From IMG/VR virus record IMGVR_UViG_3300045988_021171, positions 1-54,193 of that record: a stretch of DNA of 54,193 nt. The stretch is one strand, 5' to 3'. The position numbers and the translations under genes were made by a program. This DNA comes from a virus. The notes below the pieces were generated by a model, which saw only the letters and a list, made by a program, of their open reading frames with translations, searched no databases and was not told the origin of the DNA. Of the stretch, positions 52,226 to 54,193 are shown piece after piece (position 1 is the stretch's first letter; each line of letters starts with the position of its first letter).

Positions 52226-52881
52226 TCCTTAGCTCCTTTCGCAGAATAAGCAATTAGTTCCATCGCAGTATCTAAGTCTTCCTCCCGGCGAATTGTAAAC
52301 AATCCATCAATCGGCCAACCATATTTAGCCGGAACAATTCGATCCAATTTTTGTTTCACTTCCTCAGGCATTGCACGAGATAGCACATTAATTCGAATCT
52401 TAGACTTAGTTTGGAAAATCTTAACGAAATTATACTTGTGATGGTACTTAATGAACGATTGAGTTACCCCACGCCTTGAAGCGGGAAAGTCCTTACTAAT
52501 ACGAGCTTCCAATTCCTTAGTGAGGGATAGTACATGATCTGATTTAGGTACTGCGCTGTTCGCTTTTTTATTGCGCTTCTCCTTAATTTCTACGACCTCG
52601 GTATCGTTAGTACTAGCAATTGGTTCAGTAACTACTGGACGAGGTGTCCGGCGTACTGACCGTCTAGCTACTTTAGGACCTTTTGGCTCATGAGTTTCAT
52701 TCTGTACCTCGTACCAACGTTCTAATGTAGCTTTAGACACGGTTACAAAGTCCTGGGTATCTAGGTTAAGTAACTCCACTTTTCCCTCCTCAGGTAGTAC
52801 TGTCTCTACCTTAAATGACTTTGAGTTACGTTTATTAGTTAGTGTATCCCCGATTTTAAGCCCCGCGAAAATAAGTTTCAT
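52222..52881 (-). CDS. Hypothetical early protein (first gene of the leftward early operon)
   Basis: 219 aa with RBS aaagagg upstream. It has a basic central linker (KVARRSVRRTPRP) and an ATGA overlap with the SNF2 gene. Confidence 0.5.
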   Translation of the reverse strand: MKLIFAGLKIGDTLTNKRNSKSFKVETVLPEEGKVELLNLDTQDFVTVSKATLERWYEVQNETHEPKGPKVARRSVRRTPRPVVTEPIASTNDTEVVEIKEKRNKKANSAVPKSDHVLSLTKELEARISKDFPASRRGVTQSFIKYHHKYNFVKIFQTKSKIRINVLSRAMPEEVKQKLDRIVPAKYGWPIDGLFTIRREEDLDTAMELIAYSAKGAKD

Positions 52882-52925
52882 AGCTTTATTCCTCTTTTTC
52901 TTTTGTATTTCTTATTTACAAGTTA

Positions 52926-52954
52926 AGTATAACATATTACCGGGTAATACACAA
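52926..52954 (-). promoter_or_regulatory. Early promoter (leftward), inverted copy of the 23442-23470 promoter
   Basis: Minus strand: TTGTGT, a 17-nt spacer containing ATTACCCGGTAAT, then TATACT. It is embedded in an approximately 115-bp inverted repeat of 23401-23509. Confidence 0.65.
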
Positions 52955-52990
52955 GCGGTAAATCCGAAAATATTCGAAAAAGTTGAACTT

Positions 52991-53046
52991 TTTTTTGCGA
53001 CAAGAAAAGCCGGGTTATTAGCCCGACCTTCTTGTGTGAAAAAATT
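52991..53046. other. Large imperfect palindrome between the end of the late block and the leftward early promoter
   Basis: tttttt-gcg-acaagaa...(gccggg ttatta gcccg)...ttcttgt-gtg-aaaaaa. The T-run precedes the stem in both reading directions, so this is not a canonical intrinsic terminator. Confidence 0.35.
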
Positions 53047-53120
53047 CACGGATATAAAACAATGAACATATATAGTATACACGTTTAACCTAAATAGGTC
53101 AATGGTGTAGAATGACTGAA

Positions 53121-53975
53121 CTAATTATAGTAGTTCACTAAATCATCCTTGTCCCAAGTTGATAGCCAGATATTTCCGAACTGTCCGAATTGGAACTGAC
53201 GCCAGTAATATCCACCGTAATAGCCTCCGATACCTGTATCGTAGATACGAGCTTCGTCAATTTCGAAACTGAAGTACATTCCAGGTTTGAAGTCTTTATC
53301 CGCTCCGTCCGGTACATTGTTACCGTTCTCATCTACCCAATTAACGAGGCTTACTGGAATACCATTCTCCGTCCAGTCGAATCCGACCGGCGCAAGGTAA
53401 TCACATTTAATTTGCCAGATGTCGTTCACGAACTGAACATCATTAGCTAAATAGTAAGCTTTGCTATCAGGCTTGCGAGTTGGCGTAGATACTGCGGCGG
53501 TATTAGGTTGACCTGGCTTAGGTACATTACCATTATAGCGCCATACTTCAATGTACGCCGGCTTGTTCCAGTAGTAGTAATCATCCCATGGGTAGGTATT
53601 AATAGCCTGATTAGGAGCTCCTTGAGTTGAGTAGTCACATGAAATGAAGTAAACTGAATCCAGCATCACTCCCACATGACCTCCTGAACCTCCTGAAGTA
53701 GACATATCATGTCCCCAGCTCATGAGTACAATGTCGTCCGCCTTAGCGTCCCAATCTTCATTTCGGCTAATTCGAACCCAGCCTACTTTAGCCAATTGAG
53801 CACCAAGTGTTACGGTAGATGGAAGACCCTGAATATTAAATCCATTGTCCTTTAGGGCTTGGGAAATTGTACCTGAACAATCTCCTGTACCGTCCGTACC
53901 GTTCCGACTACCTGTCATTGAGTAAGTAACCCGTCCACGACGGGCTACGAACCAATTACCTAATTGTCCAGGCAT
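53121..53975 (-). CDS. Endolysin, Amidase_5-like catalytic domain plus aromatic-rich C-terminal domain
   Basis: 284 aa. The N-terminus RVTYSMTGSRNGTDGTGDCSGTISQAL matches the YSM..R.G.DG..DCS pattern of the Amidase_5 family (the Dp-1 Pal type). The C-terminus GGYYGGYYWRQFQFGQFGNIWLS has no choline-binding repeats. Confidence 0.6.
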   Translation of the reverse strand: MPGQLGNWFVARRGRVTYSMTGSRNGTDGTGDCSGTISQALKDNGFNIQGLPSTVTLGAQLAKVGWVRISRNEDWDAKADDIVLMSWGHDMSTSGGSGGHVGVMLDSVYFISCDYSTQGAPNQAINTYPWDDYYYWNKPAYIEVWRYNGNVPKPGQPNTAAVSTPTRKPDSKAYYLANDVQFVNDIWQIKCDYLAPVGFDWTENGIPVSLVNWVDENGNNVPDGADKDFKPGMYFSFEIDEARIYDTGIGGYYGGYYWRQFQFGQFGNIWLSTWDKDDLVNYYN

Positions 53976-53976
53976 C

Positions 53977-54162
53977 TTACTCCTCCTCTTTCAAGTCAGC
54001 CAAGTTCATAAGGACACACGTAAGACCCGCCAAGGCGATAGTGGATGCTACCACTGTCCAGTTCACTTCTGTAAGTAGCGCAGATGACCCAATTACCCCC
54101 AAAGCGGCTTGAGCCATAGTTTTCACTACCTTAATACCAAGTTTTTTAGCAAATTTATTCAT
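53977..54162 (-). CDS. Holin (small two-TM, phi-LC3/LL-H-like)
   Basis: 61 aa with two hydrophobic segments (AQAALGVIGSSALL and VVASTIALAGLTCVLM) and a charged C-terminus (DLKEEE). Its stop lies 1 nt before the endolysin ATG. Confidence 0.7.
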   Translation of the reverse strand: MNKFAKKLGIKVVKTMAQAALGVIGSSALLTEVNWTVVASTIALAGLTCVLMNLADLKEEE

Positions 54163-54193
54163 TTCTATCCTCCTATTGGTTATCTACTAATTT
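54139..54193. repeat. Terminal overlap identical to 1-55
   Basis: Exact 55-nt identity with the start of the window. Confidence 0.9.

Noticed and set aside
1-54193. I searched for a lysogeny module: integrase, excisionase, CI/Cro-type switch, attP.
   Set aside because: No tyrosine or serine recombinase-like ORF and no divergent repressor pair were seen. The MerR-like 125-aa protein sits inside the early operon rather than at a switch. The phage is therefore treated as virulent, though absence by eye is not proof.

Overview
The window is a complete, circularly closed genome of a tailed dsDNA phage. Bases 1-55 are identical to 54139-54193, leaving about 54.1 kb of unique sequence. The morphogenesis genes are siphovirus-type. 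Several traits point to a low-GC Gram-positive host: AGGAGG-type RBSs, sigma-A-like promoters, a RecU-type resolvase, an Amidase_5-like endolysin and a small holin. I saw no integrase or repressor module, so the phage is probably virulent.

There are three transcription blocks:
- Late, minus strand: 22775 down to 35, continuing across the junction to 54162 down to 53121. It carries terS, terL, portal, head, tail and lysis genes.
- Early, plus strand: seven small ORFs of unknown function at 23510-25509.
- Early/middle, minus strand: 52881 down to 25532. It carries an SNF2 helicase, helicase loader, DnaB-like helicase, primase, sigma factor, SSB-like protein, family-A DNA polymerase, a 7-deazaguanine operon, beta clamp, PD-(D/E)XK nucleases, RecA-like recombinase, dUTPase, a three-subunit clamp loader and an HD hydrolase.

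The most notable observations are:
- A transcriptionally insulated queC-queD-queE-folE-yhhQ-dpdA operon that predicts preQ0-type 7-deazaguanine replacement in the phage DNA.
- A strong excess of the palindrome TTCGAA/GTTCGAAC across the genome, culminating in a phased array of TTCGAACTTTCGAAC boxes in the 734-bp non-coding control region upstream of terS.
- Two roughly 110-bp inverted copies of one early promoter-leader module. They carry a 13-bp palindromic box that also sits in the promoter of a phage sigma-factor gene.
- A second, highly conserved promoter-like motif (TWAACA-N18-TATAWT with an invariant GGTG) in front of seven operons.

All functional calls rest on motif recognition by eye. 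No database search, HMM or k-mer statistic was run. Several start codons were moved from the longest-ORF track on RBS evidence.
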